From assembly GCA_964016885.1 (NCBI GenBank), contig OZ024762.1:15500001-15564000 (forward strand): a stretch of DNA of 64,000 bases, written 5' to 3'. Source of the DNA: Eledone cirrhosa (Eukaryota). The notes below the pieces were generated by a model that was not told where the DNA came from, searched no databases, and saw nothing but the letters and a program-made list of their open reading frames with translations. Positions 25,081 to 39,323 of the stretch are shown piece after piece (positions within the stretch are counted from its first letter, which is position 1; each line of letters starts with the position of its first letter). The translations under genes were made by a program, and so were the position numbers.

Positions 25081-27088
25081 TTTGATCATTTCTCCCTTCT
25101 CTTGTTCCTACGATCAAATCTCCTTTTTCTCTCTTTCCTTATGATTTGCTATCTCGATCTCTCACTTCCACTAACTACAATAATGAGGTATGAATGTATT
25201 ATTATTATTTAAATTTTTAACAGTTATATAAGTTTATGTATTATATATTATTAGTTATTTATATATCTTTATACACGTTCTCACACGCACCCTCAGTGTT
25301 ATATGTAATTTTTCATGTTTCAACTTAAGGTATATAAATATCGAGTTTTGTCATAACTAATCACTGCCATGACTAAATTATAACCATCAACATAGTCAAG
25401 GTATGTCAGGCATCAACTTATTTTTGATGAGGACGTATTTCTGATGAGGACGTACTGTTGAAATAGCTCAGTACCTCTGAAATATGTATAATAAAATATA
25501 TTTGATCACATGAATGTCTATATTTATTAATATTTTAAAGTAATATATATATAATGGAATATGTATTTGGTATATATACAATATACAGTGTTTCCTATAT
25601 GGTTCTTTCTCTTTATATATATATATACATATATCTTTTCCATTTGGTTTATATATGTGTGTGTGTATAGGTGTGTGAGTGTATATATAGATAGATATAT
25701 ATGTGTGTATATATATATGTATATATATATATATATATATACACATATATATATCTATCTATATATGCACCCACACACCTATACACACACACACACACAC
25801 ACTTGGTTAAGAGAGTGGGACTGGCTTTGTGCAGTGCCTTTGCTCACTATAAAAGCTTCACGGCACAGACATTGCTTTATATCTGAAGATCTCTCTGCAC
25901 TTGTCGTCACATGGTACCATGGGCCCAGCACTATGTGTCAATAATTGTCACAGGTGTAGTGTTTGTACAAGAGTTTTCAAGTCGCTGGCTGGACTAAAGT
26001 CACATTCGTTCAGCGCATCGGTAGGGGTTCTCCTACATGGATATAAAGTAGTGGCCGTACTCGAAAACGAGTTGGCAGCCACCATATATATATATATATG
26101 CACTATAATATTAAAACTAACATAAGCATACATTAACATCAATGGTATGAATTAGAAAAGCTGGAATGTTAATAGTGAATTGTTAGAGACTCGATGGTTT
26201 TACCATTTACCCTCGTGTGTGTAGATATTTGGTTCAAATGTAATCAAGGGGAGATAAGCAGCCTTAAGTAGTCAACTATCGTCTGTTTAGTGGTACGGAC
26301 TAAATAGTTTAAAACTCGTTAAACCTAATATAAGTATACATTAACATCAATGGTATGTACTAGAAAAGCTGGAATGTTAATATTGGATTGTTATAGACTC
26401 GATGGCTTTACCATTTACCTTTGTGTTAGAGGTAGAAACCCCATAAAACACACCACTGTCAAGTAACTCTTTTGTCTTTATCCCCACATCCGAGATAAAC
26501 AAAAACTTCTGAAATAAAATGTTTTATAAAACTACCACAGAATTATAATTATATTTACCTATATAAATTTACTTGATGTTACCCACACTGATAAAAATAT
26601 ATACACTCCCCAAATTTACCCGTTTTATGACGGGTCACACTCGATTGTACTGGGAGCACCCACACACACACATAAAAACTCTGGCGTCACGCAGTAATAC
26701 AGAGTACCCGACCTCCCATGGGTACAAGCTGAAGCATATAGACAATATGCCCCCCACCCACACACCGCAAGGTGGTCGTGGAGGTGCCACGGCAAAAAAG
26801 CACCCAGCCCACACTGTAAAGTGGACGTGTAGGCGCCACGAAAAAGCACCCAGCACTCACTGTAAATGAGGTTGGTGTTAGGAAGGGCATCCAGCTGTAG
26901 AAATCAAGCCAAATCAGTTCCTGTATGAGCAAGGCATGGTCAGCCGACCAGACACTGCCCACAACAGGACAACCCGTCTAACCCATGCTAGCGTGGAAGA
27001 ACGGACGTAAAATGATGATGATGATGATGATATATATATATATACGTTACTCACTATGGTTGCCCTCGATTGAACTCGGGATAAACAT

Positions 27089-27142
<54 letters not shown>

Positions 27143-27473
27143 TTGTTTAACGTCTATCTTCCACGCTAGCATGGGTTAGACGGGAATTGTCCCATTTGAA
27201 GCAAGATTATTCGGGTGACCGTGTCTCGCTCGTATAGGATTATCTGGCAGGTTTTCTACGGCTGGATGCCCTTCCTAACACCAATCACGTTTACAGTGTG
27301 GACTGGGAGCTTTTTACCGTGTTACCCACACGGACACATTACAGCGTTTGTTGATTGTTCAACAAGAATCAAAGACAGCTTCCACTAGTGTTTTATTTAA
27401 CGTACGAATTATTCCAATTGGTAGATCCTGTGGTAGTTATATAGGTTCCAAGTGTAACAATATATATATAATG

Positions 27474-28774
27474 ATAGGGCCTGTTGTTTAACCAGGGATC
27501 AGCTCTGTGGTAGCAGACCTCGAACGAAAGATGGCCTACCTTTCATTAACCCAACAAGGTATCGTTCTGTGTATCGAAAATGTGCTTTTTTAGGGAGATT
27601 TGGCTGCTATTTCTAGCACATCTCGACAGGGCAAGTCCCTATGTGATCGCTCAATAAACTAGAAATAGCAGACAAATCTTCCTAAAAAGTAAACAGCCAA
27701 ATGTCTTTAAACACCTATAAAAGTTAACTCATGGAACTTACCTTCGATGTATTCCACCATAACAGCACATTCAACTTCCCAGTATCTTGTAAACTGAAAG
27801 GTAAGTAGGTATCTCCATTTATAAATGTCTATATATATATATTTATGTGCATGTGTGTGTATACATATATATAGCAGTTTAAAATCCGGCCATCCGTGTT
27901 CAGAGTAATTATCCAGGTTCGAATGGCAGTTAGGCCGCGTAAGAGTGGGAAAATAGTTGAAAAGTGAAACAAATCAAACACACGGGTGAAAGAATATAAA
28001 GTCATAGGTTCCCGCTCAGGGGAAGTGGAGGTGTGTTTGTTGAAAACGATTTAGTTAGGAACTCTGGAACTTCCCTCGAATGATTTTTGAAGTAAGCTAA
28101 CTTATTTGAAACTTATTAGCCTCGCTATCATTGACGACAAAGTCGTAGAATAACCAAGTATCTTCACTAGGAGCATCAACTGATACGTGTATCCCATATA
28201 AGTATGTGTATATTATATATATGTGTTTGTGTCGAACAAATACCGCTGTAAGTGTAACGTATGAGTAATTGAACGACGAACTCCGGATAATTTGAGAGAA
28301 AAACTGGGCATTGGAAGATAAATGCGTGTGTGTATATATTTGGTTCAAATACAGTCAAGGGGAGGTAATTAGTCTTATGTAGTCAATTGTCGTCTGTTGA
28401 GAGGTTACCGAACCAGTTTAAAACTCCTTAAAACTAATAACATACATTTGCAGCAATGGAATGTATTAGAAAAGCTGGAATGCTAATAGTGGATTGTTAG
28501 AAACTCGATGGTTTTACCATTTACCCTTGTGTTAGAGGTAGAAACCCCATAAAACACACCACTGTCAGTGGCTATCTTGTCTTTACCTCACATCCGAGAT
28601 AAACAAAATAAACTACTGAAATAAACATTATTATTTTTAACCCAAATAAAATTACTTGATAGAAAAATAAAGACTCACACAATTTTCTGTATTATGACGA
28701 GTCACGCTCCATTGTACTGGAGGTAATTCACCAGAGATTGGCATCATACACACAAACGTACGCAGTCTCTTGTC

Positions 28775-28835
<61 letters not shown>

Positions 28836-29801
28836 AAAAGGTAAACAGAAATAATAAACTTATATGTATACAGGAACCAGTTGAATCTCCTAGTGAAAAT
28901 ACTTGGTTATTCCACGACTTAGCCTCGCTATCACCGGCGGCAATGTTTCAAATAAGTTAGCTTCCCTTAAACATCATTAGAGGGAAGTCCCAACGTTCCT
29001 AAATAAATTGTTTTCTTCTATTTACCTTGGACATAAGTTAATCCTGATCCAACGATGTTGAAGTTACAGCCATGTTTAGTAATGTACATGAGAGTTGGTT
29101 AGTGAAAGTGAGGCTTAGTATTTGGAGGGAACTCTAAGGTTCTCATGTTGTTAATGTTTAAAGGTGGAGAGATGCTGTGAAGTACCATAGACATTAAACG
29201 AAGCAAATAAACTATTAGCCTGTTAAAATTCAAACACACTTTCACTTGCTCCGAGCGGGAACCTATGACTTTGTATTTTTACATCCCTGTGTTTGATTTG
29301 TTTCATTTATCAACTATTTTCCCACTCTTACGCGGCCTAACTGCCATTCGAACCTGGATAATTAGCCTGAACACGGATTACCATGGATTAACTAGCCTCC
29401 GGATTGCCGGATTTTGAACTGACATATATATAGAGAGAGAGACATTTATAAATGGAGGTACCTACTTACCTTTGTCTATACAAGATACTGGGAAGTCGAA
29501 TGTGCTGTTATGGTGGAATACATTCAAGGTAAGTTCCATGAGTTAACTTTTATATGTATTTAAAGACATTTGGGTGTTTATATTTTAGGAAAATTTGTCT
29601 GCTATTTCTAGTTTATTGAGTGATCACATAGGGACTTGCCCTGTTGAGATGTGCTAGAAATAGCAGCCAAATCTCCCTAAAAAACACAGTGTCATCTTCG
29701 ATACACAGAATGATACCTTGTTGGGTTAATCAAGGGTAGGCCGTCCTTCGTTCGAGGTCTGCTACCACAGAGCTGATCCCTGGTTAAACAACAGACCCTA
29801 T
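27474..29801. repeat. Diverged inverted duplication (arms about 27474-28182 and 28878-29801)
   Basis: Collinear reverse-complement similarity along both arms; the right arm has about 200 bp extra at 29020-29230. Confidence 0.85.
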
Positions 29802-29956
29802 GAAATATGTATATATATATATATCGACAAGATCCCAGACAACATCCGCTTAACGAGTGGGGGTGGAGCTCGTAAGATCGGACCGAGGAAACAATGTTTC
29901 CATTGGTCTTTCCAATTGCTAATACTATCTGTTAGGTCGCAACTCCAGGCTGAAAT

Positions 29957-30017
<61 letters not shown>

Positions 30018-31163
30018 ATGAGAAAAAAAACTCTCATTCTGTGAGTATAAACAAGATAGGGGAAAAGATTTTCCATCTAACTTCGCTTATTTATAAGTGA
30101 TCTTAGAAAAATATTTTCTTCGATCTTGTTTATACTCCCAGAATTTGAGATTTTTCTAATTTAATCCTAATATATAATATTGACTCTGTGTCAGATTTCT
30201 TTCATTGAGATGTATGGATATTAGAGACTAATTAACCTTTAATTAATATATATATATTAATATATATATTAGCGTCCGAAACGTTAAGACCCTCTTCCTG
30301 CTATTTCAAGCGTTAACCTAATATATCCCTTCCATATACTGTACCGATTGTGTTGTTATTTCTGTTTACCTTTTACATACATATATATATATGTGTGTGT
30401 GTTAGGTAATTCCGAAGGAAAAACAAAGGAAAAAAGTGTGCTCTATGTATAGAACAGAGCTATTTAATTAGAAATTGAACAACTGAAGACTAAAATCCAA
30501 AGAGGGCTCAATAAGGATAAATATATATCAAATATATAAGAACCCTAGGGCAAATATTTATTAAAATAACAGATTAAAGTTTAAGCAAAGAATTGCTGCT
30601 TTCACCCTCAACGGGATCTTCTGAAACTAAAAACATCAATCTGTAAACGCAGGAGTAAATATTTCGAAAAACGTTGCAACTGAAGGAAAACAGGAAGACG
30701 ATACTTTGGTTCGTGAAGACATTCTCTGGCAATAAATGGAAAAAAAGCAAAGATAATACGTCGTTATGTGGAGTCATTTTCCTAAATGGAATATTAGTCT
30801 AATGACTCTGTTTATACCATAAACGTGGTTTTGTCTTTGCATGTAATTGTTCTCATCGCCAAACATAACGACGTATTATCTTCGCTTTTTTCCGTTCATT
30901 GCAGGGAACATCTTCACGAACCAAAGTATTGTCTTCCTGTCTTCTTTCGGTTGCAACGTTTTTCGAAATATTTACTTCTGTGTCCACAGATTGATTTTTT
31001 TTTTTAGTTTCAGAATATCCCGTTGAGCGTGAAAGCAGCAATTCTTTGCTTAAACTTTAATCTGTTATTTTAATAAATATTTGCCCTAGGGTTCTTATAT
31101 ATTTGATATATATTTATCCTTATCGAGCCCTCTTTGGATTTTAGTCTTCACATTTATTATTAT

Positions 31164-31200
<37 letters not shown>

Positions 31201-31953
31201 TCAAAGTATCGTCTTCCTGTTTTGCTAACATCAACCACATTTACAGTGTGGACTGGGTGCTTTTTACCGTGTTACCTACACAACTACATTACAGTGTGGA
31301 CTGTGTTTTTTTTATATATATATATTTTTTTAATATATATATTTTTAATATATATATTTTTAATATATATTTTTAATATATATATTTTTAATATATATTT
31401 TTAATATATATATTTTTAATATATATATTTTTTTAATGTATATATATTAAAAGTGACAAAGGCGCTGTGTGGTTACTAATAAATATTTTTTAGAAAATGT
31501 AAGAGAAACACAAACATAAGGACAATTCCCGCTCTTCGCTTTGTCTGCTGTGGGTCACATGTTTCGATGCATTAAGAACAATACATCTCATCATAGTGCG
31601 TTAATAACTACGAGGTATAGTTATTAGGGAAGGAAACAACAAAAAAACAGAGACAATAGCGAAGAGAACAACAGATATATATATGTATATACATACTGAG
31701 TGGGTCATAAATATCTCCCACATTTTGAAAGGATATAAAAAAAAAAGAAGACAACTATCTAGAAAAAAGAAACTGATTTTATTTCTAAAAAGTACAGAAA
31801 AATACACACAAACACACACATGCATACCCACACATGCACACCCACACATGCATACACACACATGCATACCCACACATACTTCTCTAGTTGGTTAGGACAT
31901 TTTGACGTTAAGGCTACATTTTTTTTTTTTTTTTTAGACAAGTATTAAATACG

Positions 31954-31959
31954 TTTATT
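31954..31959 (-). terminator. Candidate DOLK polyadenylation signal AATAAA
   Basis: About 240 nt after the stop codon on the - strand, followed 18 nt later by a genomic A17 run. Confidence 0.4.
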
Positions 31960-32199
31960 TACAATAGTTTATAACTTTGCCTATTACACCGTATGGTGAA
32001 CAAATGGGGTCCTACGTGCTGACCTCCCCACAGCCCCGGCAGGCAGGATGGAGAAGGCGTTTCCCCGGAGGATGGTATAAGGGAGATAGTTGTTTATTTG
32101 TTCAGTTACTCATCATCGTCATCACCACCACCACCATTGTCACCACCATCACCATCGTCACCACCACCACCATCACCAATAGCAGCAGCATCATCATCA

Positions 32200-32330
32200 T
32201 CATGAAGTAAGCCGTAACAGTGAATATGTGAAGAGAGGCAGCGTTAAGTTGTCAATTTGGTCAGTGAAGGCCTCATACAAGGAAGATAGTGTTATAGGCC
32301 ACAGCAGGTTTACTGGGAGTGGAAATAAAT
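32200..32330 (-). CDS. DOLK: Dolichol kinase terminal coding exon
   Basis: tttcag acceptor; LYEAFTDQIDNLTLPLF...* equals the DOLK C-terminal EAxTxQxDNLxLP motif; TGA at 32202-32200. Confidence 0.95.
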
Positions 32331-32416
32331 CTGAAAATATATAAATATAGTTATATTTATTGTTGTAGTTAATATTGCTACTAATGCTGTTAGTAGTGGC
32401 ATATATATATAAATAT

Positions 32417-32492
<76 letters not shown>

Positions 32493-32514
32493 TACATATA
32501 TACATATATATATA

Positions 32515-34575
32515 TTCCAGAACATCCTGAGCTCAATATGGACAGCATGTGCAGCATCGGTGCCACGTAAGCGGAAAAAAATCCAAAAAGCGCAATTTGG
32601 GAGACTGCAGCAGTCCGTCTTGCCAGAAAAGAACGGTGCAATGCTGAACGTGAGTACAAACTTCACAAATCAGACATTAATAGGAAGAGGCGAAATAGAT
32701 TGTCCAACCACCTCAAACAGGTGACAAAAAAGGCAGTGCTTCAATTTGGCAGCGCATAGCAACCAGCCCTGACAGTAAGGTGTTCTGGAAGTATGTTCAC
32801 TCAAAGCAGAGGCCTCACTCTCCAGTTGGTCCTCTTCGCAATCCCCACACAAGCCAGGTTACTGACGACCCCAAGGAATGCGCAGAGCTCATTGCTGAAT
32901 GCTATGCAGGCATTTTCACTATTGAAGACCAGAGTGTACCATCTCCACCACCTATGACACCGGACTCTATGACAACCATGGAATTTACACCTGCAATGCT
33001 GCGACATCACCTAAAAAATAAACGCAACCATGCCTCTCCTGGTCTTGATGGTGTTACGTACCTGCTTCTACACCAGTTATCACGCTTCTTCCAATTCTGT
33101 CTGAACAACAGTGCTACTCCAGAACAGTGGAAAACTGCCAGCAGTGTCATTCCTCTGTTCAAAATGGGTGACCGCACATCACCTGTGAACTATCGTCCAG
33201 TCAGTCTTACTAGTTGCATCGCCAAACTGATGGAATCCTGTGTCAGAGAAACACTTTGGAACTTCTGGAGCTCTCACAGTCTTATCCGGCCCTCGCAATT
33301 TGGATTTATCCCCAACTCCAGCTGCTGTGATCAACTTATAGAGTTTCTTGAGGACATCACCTGGATCACTGATGGCGGCTCATGGGTGGATGTTGTTTAC
33401 CTTGACTTTGCGAAAGCCTTCAATTCTGTGCCACACAAAAGGCTTATGGCAAAACTCTCTGCAATGGGTGTGAAGGATGATCTTTTTAACTGGTTGAAGT
33501 CCTTCATTCTCAGTCGAAGAGAGGTAGTCACGGTTCTGGGACAGCATTCCTCACCATATGAGATGTCATCTGGTGTACCACAGGGATCTGTTCTTGGCCC
33601 CCTTTTGTTTGTGGCATATATTAATGACATAGATGCCAACTTAAAGAATGCCACAGTACTAAAGTACGCAGACAACATCAAGCTGTACCTTGAGATAAAA
33701 AGGACAGATCCTGAACACTATAGATCTTGCTTGCAGTCTGACCTGGACACAATGCAACAATGGATCTCAGACTGGCAACTCAAGCTAGCTGTGGACAAGT
33801 GCACCACCATACATTTTGGGAGTAAAAACCCAGCATCCACATACTCCCTCCACAGCACTAATATCAAGAAGTCTTCTTGTGAACGTGACCTAGGCATTAC
33901 GGTCAGCAGCGATTTGCGTTGGACGAGGCACGTCTCTAAAATTGTCAAGAGGGCCGAGGGTGTCTTAGCATCACTCAGCAAGACCTTTGTCAGCCGCTCT
34001 CCAAATATCTATTTAAGGCTGTACATGGCTATGGTGCGACCACACTTAGAATTTGCATCACCAGTCTGGAACCCCTATCCTGGAAACTGTTCAGAGACGT
34101 GCAACCAAGCGAATACCCTCCATCAGGCATCTACCATACTCTGAGCGCCTTGCTTCCCTGGGCATGGATACATTGAAGCTCCGACGCCTGGCAACTGACT
34201 TGGTAAATACCCACAAAATTGTTAACCATGTTGCCAACAACAACCCTGAGTACCTTTTTGATTTCCATGTGTCTAACACACGTGGACATGCCCACAAAGT
34301 CAGAAAACAGTACAGTTCCCATGACTTTCAGAAACATTTTTTCACGCTCAGAGTTGCTGAAGCATGGAACAAACTACCTGCATCAGTTGTTAGCTGTCGA
34401 AACACTGCATCCTTTAAGGCCTCCATGCTTCCCGAGATCCGCCAACACTACAGCTAACACATACACACATGTACTTCCCTGACATTTGTGTATTATTCTA
34501 TGTACTATACATACACCTTTGACGAGTTGTAGTGCACCTGAGCACTTTACACAATAATTTCATTATTATTATTAT
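32515..34575 (+). mobile_element. CR1-clade LINE, 5'-truncated and degenerate, antisense in the last DOLK intron
   Basis: NYRPVSLTS, YLDFAKAF, GVPQGSVLGPLLF, YADN (catalytic D lost), VRPHLEFASPVWNP; frameshift near 34075; (ATT)n tail. Confidence 0.9.
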
Positions 34576-35193
34576 AATATAAGATCAAAAGATGGTTAAA
34601 AGAGTTCCAAGTATTTTATTATGCGCATTCACTGCAGAGTCACTCCAGTTAGAGCTGCTACTTCTCTGAATTGAGAGATCACAGCTCTGATACTATGGCC
34701 ATGTGGTTAGAATGTCTCAGGAAAGAATCTCTGGACAGATTTTACAGGCAAAACCAACCGGCAGGAGACCTAGGGGTTGACCCTGAGCAAAATGGTTCGA
34801 TAACATCCATGAGCTTGGCAGATCTCACTTGGGGTATCCAGCCAGAACAGTTGGAGATGGTTGCTTCTGACATGACCCACTGGAAGGAGTATTTGAGGAC
34901 TCTGTCCCCACGACCCTCTCAGGAATAAGTGGGCGAAGAAGAAGACACACAATACATTTCCTGTCTCTGACAAGTTGTGTTCTTTAACTTACACAATCTC
35001 TCTCTCTCTCGCCCACTCCCTGTGTCTCTTTCCATAACACTCTCTCTCCAGCTCTCTCTCTTTCTCCCACTCTCTAACTTTCTCTCTCTCCCTCTCTCTG
35101 ACTCTCCATTTCACTCTCTCTCCAGCCCCCTCTCTCTCTCTCTCACATTCTCTAACACTCTCTCTCCAGCTCTCTCTTTCTCCCACTCTCTAA

Positions 35194-35243
<50 letters not shown>

Positions 35244-35410
35244 CTCAATTTCACTCTCTCTCCAGCCCTCTCTCTCTCTCTCCATCTCTCTAACACTCTC
35301 TCTCTCCCTCTCTCTCAATACACAATTACATTATACAAATATTTATACACATTCCACTTACAAAGTTAATCAATAAGCAATATTAATGATTTAATAATGA
35401 CGTTATTTAC

Positions 35411-35491
35411 CAAAACAATCCAGGCAGGCCACAAATATGATCTGTGCAACGACTGAGGCCACAGTTCCCTCTACAGATTTACCTGAATTAC
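35411..35491 (-). CDS. DOLK: Dolichol kinase coding exon 11
   Basis: ttacag / gtaaat, 81 nt; GKSVEGTVASVVAQ, the K(S/T)xEG motif. Confidence 0.93.
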
Positions 35492-36087
35492 CTGTAATAA
35501 ATAGAGTTATTTGGAGTTTCTATTGTTACTATTTATCTTTGACATAAAACATTTCATTCAATATATTAATACTAACTTTTGCTGATTCCCATTTTTACCT
35601 CCACCACTGTCACCACCACCACCACCACCACCTCCACCGCCACCACCAATGTCACCACCACCACCAATGTCACCACCACCACCACCACCACCACTGTCAC
35701 CACCACCACTACTGCCACCACCACCACTGTCACCTCTACCACCACCTCCACCGCCACCACCACCACCACTGTCACCACCACCACCACCATTCCACTGCCA
35801 CCACCACCAGTCACCACCACCACGATTGCCCCTCCACTACCACCACCACAACCATCACAATCCACCACCACCGCCACCACCAACACAACCACTACCCACC
35901 ACCACCACTACCACCAACACAGCCACTACCCCCCCCCCACACACACCAACACCAAAACCAACACTACCAAGTATGTTGACAAACTTGGGACAAATTTCTG
36001 CCATATGAGACCTTATCAGTGAAGTATAGTTTACCAAAACTAAGTTGGCTTGAGTAGAAGAATTTCACAAGAAACATATAATCTTAC

Positions 36088-36186
36088 CCGGAAGCTTTGT
36101 TCTACCAAATCTGGTGCCAACAACTGACGCCACAGTGTCTCCAATACCAAGAGATAACAAACCAGCAAAAGAACTGACATAGGCAG
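36088..36186 (-). CDS. DOLK: Dolichol kinase coding exon 10
   Basis: tttcag / gtaaga, 99 nt; GLLSLGIGDTVASVVGTRFG, first half of the CTP-binding motif. Confidence 0.95.
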
Positions 36187-36300
36187 CTGAAAATAACAAA
36201 AATAATAACAAAAATAATAATTTCTGATTTAGACACAAAACCAACAATTTTGTGGAGAGGTGAAAGTTGATTAAATCAACCTCAGGGCATTACTGGTACT

Positions 36301-37466
36301 TTAACCCTTCAACATTTACATTACCCTATATATACTATTGTATTTTCACAGTAAAGGCTTTACCTCACATAATATCTCACATAACATTTACATTACACTA
36401 TATATACTATTGTATTTTCACAGTAAAGCCTTTACCTCACATAATATCTCACATAACATTTACATTACTCTATATATACTATTGTATTTTCACAGTAAAG
36501 GCTTTATCTTATATAATATCTCACATAACATTTACATTACTCTATATATACTATTGTATTTTCACAGTAAAGGCTTTACCTCACATAATATCTCACATAA
36601 CATTTACATTACACTATATATACTATTGTATTTTCACAGTAAAGGCTTTACCTCACATAATATCTCACATAACATTTACATTACTCTATATATATACTAT
36701 TGTATTTTCACAGTAAAGCCTTTACCTCACATAATATCTCACATAACATTTACATTACTCTATATATACTATTGTATTTTCACAGTAAAGGCTTTACCTC
36801 ACATAATATCTCACATAACATTTACATTACTCTATATATACTATTGTATTTTCACAGTAAAGGCTTTACCTCACATAATATCTCACATAACATTTACATT
36901 ACTCTATATATACTATTGTATTTTCACAGTAAAGGCTTTACCTCACATAATATCTCACATAACATTTACATTACTCTATATATACTATTGTATTTTCACA
37001 GTAAAGGCTTTACCTCACATAATATCTCACATAACATTTACATTATTCTATATATACTATTGTATTTTCACAGTAAAGGCTTTACCTCACATAATACCTC
37101 ACATAACATTTACATTACTCTATATATGCTATTATATTTTCACAGTAAAGGTAAATAATTGTTTCTACTTTTGGCACAAGGCCAGCAAATTACCCAGTGC
37201 ATTACTGGTACTTTATTTTATCGACCCCGTAAGGATGAAAGGCAAAGTTAACCGTGGCAGGATTTGAACTCAGAATGGAAAGGGCCATAACTCTATGCGT
37301 CAAAGCATGGCGTCACCTTAAATAATATTGAATCTACAAAATTTTGATATTATTTATTTTGAGATCAATACCTTAACATCAGTATGAGTAGTCGGTTATG
37401 GCTGGTTTGAACAGAAAGGGGGTAGAATTCTGGTCAGATACAGCCGGTTTAAATGCTAATGAGTTA
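36301..37466 (+). mobile_element. piggyBac-type MITE with about 11.5x72-bp array and a nested SINE
   Basis: ttaaccctt start; same unit as 23.8 kb; SINE at 37155-37315; right end resumes to ...gagttaa. Confidence 0.7.
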
Positions 37467-37844
37467 AATGGTAAATGGTATCAACAGCAAGTAGAGAATG
37501 ATGGGTTCATGGTAGTTTGGGATTTCACTATCCACACAATTATACACCCCAACCCCTACCCCTACTCCATCCTCCCACTCCTCCTAACACCACCCCTTTC
37601 TCTGTAAAGTTATGTTGGTACCACAACATCCAGTCCAAACTAATGAGGTCATGTAGGTGTCACGACAAAAAAAACACACAGTCCACGCTGTAATGTGACC
37701 GTGTAGGTAACACGGTAAAAAGTTCCCAGTTCCACACTGTAAGTGTGGTTGGTGTTAGAAAGGGCATCCAGCTGTAGAAAACCCTGCCAGATATAGTTCT
37801 ATATGAATGAGACACGGTCTCCCGACCAATCTTGCCTCAAGTGG

Positions 37845-38270
37845 ACACTACACTATACCACAGCACACCACACTATATCACACAACACTATACTACACCA
37901 CACTACACTACACTGTACCACACTACACTACACTACACTATATTATACCTCACTACACTATACCATACCACACTACACTACACTATACTACACCACACTA
38001 CACCACACCACACCACACTATACCATAACACACTATACTACACCACACTACACTACACTATATTATACCACACTACACTATACTATACCACACTATACTA
38101 TACCACACTATACCACAACACACTATTCCACACCACACTACACTATACTACACCACACCACACCACACTATACCACACCACACTACACTATACTACACCA
38201 CACCACACCACACTACACTATACTACACCACACCACACCACACTATACCACAACACACAATACTATACAA
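37845..38270. repeat. (CACTA/CACCA)n pentamer satellite
   Basis: Direct inspection. Confidence 0.9.
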
Positions 38271-38299
38271 TGTTGTTGAAATATGAAACGAATACAAAC

Positions 38300-38474
38300 C
38301 GTTAGACCAAGATTTATCAGGATAAATTGTTGACAACCAAACAGGAACAGAGAACCCAATCAACAGGTATATATGTGTAACTAACATAGGACCACTGTCT
38401 TTCTTGTCCAGAAATAATGACAGGTTTGATTCCAGGTAGGAAGATAATGGACGAATTCCATACATTCGGATTTG
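38300..38474 (-). CDS. DOLK: Dolichol kinase coding exon 9
   Basis: ttacag / gtttgt, 175 nt; FLDKKDSGPMLVTHIYLLIGFSVPVWL, the conserved DxxDxG...HxYLLxG motif. Confidence 0.95.
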
Positions 38475-38809
38475 CTGTAAAAAAAAAAAAATCAACAATA
38501 TATTATATTGGTCTGTTTGTTTGAATATTTATTTACTCTGTTTGCTAATTGAGACCTATACTTGTAGACAGAAACTGTGTAGAAGCCTGCCACACACACA
38601 TATATGTATATATATATGTATCATTTCATCATCATTTCATTTTACGTCCACTTTTCCCTGCTTGCAAGGGTGGGACGGGAACTGATTCTGGCTTGATTTC
38701 TACAGCTGGATGCCCTTCCTAACACCAACCTCATTTACAGTGAGTGCTGGGTGCTTTTTTGCCGTGGCACCTCCACGACCACTTTGCAGTGGAATGATAG
38801 GGACCCCAG

Positions 38810-38963
38810 TCCCTATCATCTCATTTCTACAGCTGAGTAAACTGGAGCAATGTGAAATAAAGTGTCTTGCTCAAGGAAACAACACATCACCCGGTCTGAG
38901 AATTGAACTCACAACCTTTCGATTGCAAGGCCAATGCTCTAACCACTAAGCCATGTGCCTCCA
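38810..38963 (-). mobile_element. tRNA-derived CORE-type SINE (family S3), representative copy
   Basis: tggcttagtggttagagc A-box, gagttcaattc B-box, tccttgagcaagacactt core. Other copies: 23360-23620(-), 51500-51665(-), 52265-52425(-), 52660-52880(+). Confidence 0.75.
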
Positions 38964-39113
38964 TTATGTGTAAATGTATATATGTATATATATATATGTA
39001 TATGTATATATATATATGTATATATATATATACATATATATGACTGAAACCAATAAAAAATATATAAAAATACATCAAGAAAAGTAAAATATAATTTTTA
39101 AAAAAAGTTTTAC

Positions 39114-39323
39114 CTCAAGAATAAGAAGAAGAGCCAAAGCAACCCAAGCTGCCAGGGCCAACATGTTGGGTTCATATAACAGTCCTGGTAGGTAAACACC
39201 AACCATGACAATGTGGAAGAATTTACGGACATCAGAATGTATTCTGTTCTTATGTCTGTTGTAGTAGATGACCACTGCGACGGTTATAACTGACCATAAC
39301 AACCAGTAACTCAACAGGTAGAA
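39114..39323 (-). CDS. DOLK: Dolichol kinase coding exon 8
   Basis: cctag / gtaaaa, 210 nt; RKFFH...YLPG...LE, the conserved DOLK/Sec59 RKxFH motif. Confidence 0.93.

Noticed and set aside
25425-25480. Duplicated tgatgaggacgta resembling a C/D box or hammerhead core
   Set aside because: A short local duplication with no convincing flanking stems.
31560-31600. Hammerhead-like fold on the - strand
   Set aside because: Core reads AUGAUGA with a GUG site; probably a decayed copy, so not listed as a ribozyme.
35572-36022. Thr/Pro-rich mucin-like ORFs (also 53565-54007)
   Set aside because: (ACC)n intronic microsatellite, open in several frames, with no splice support.
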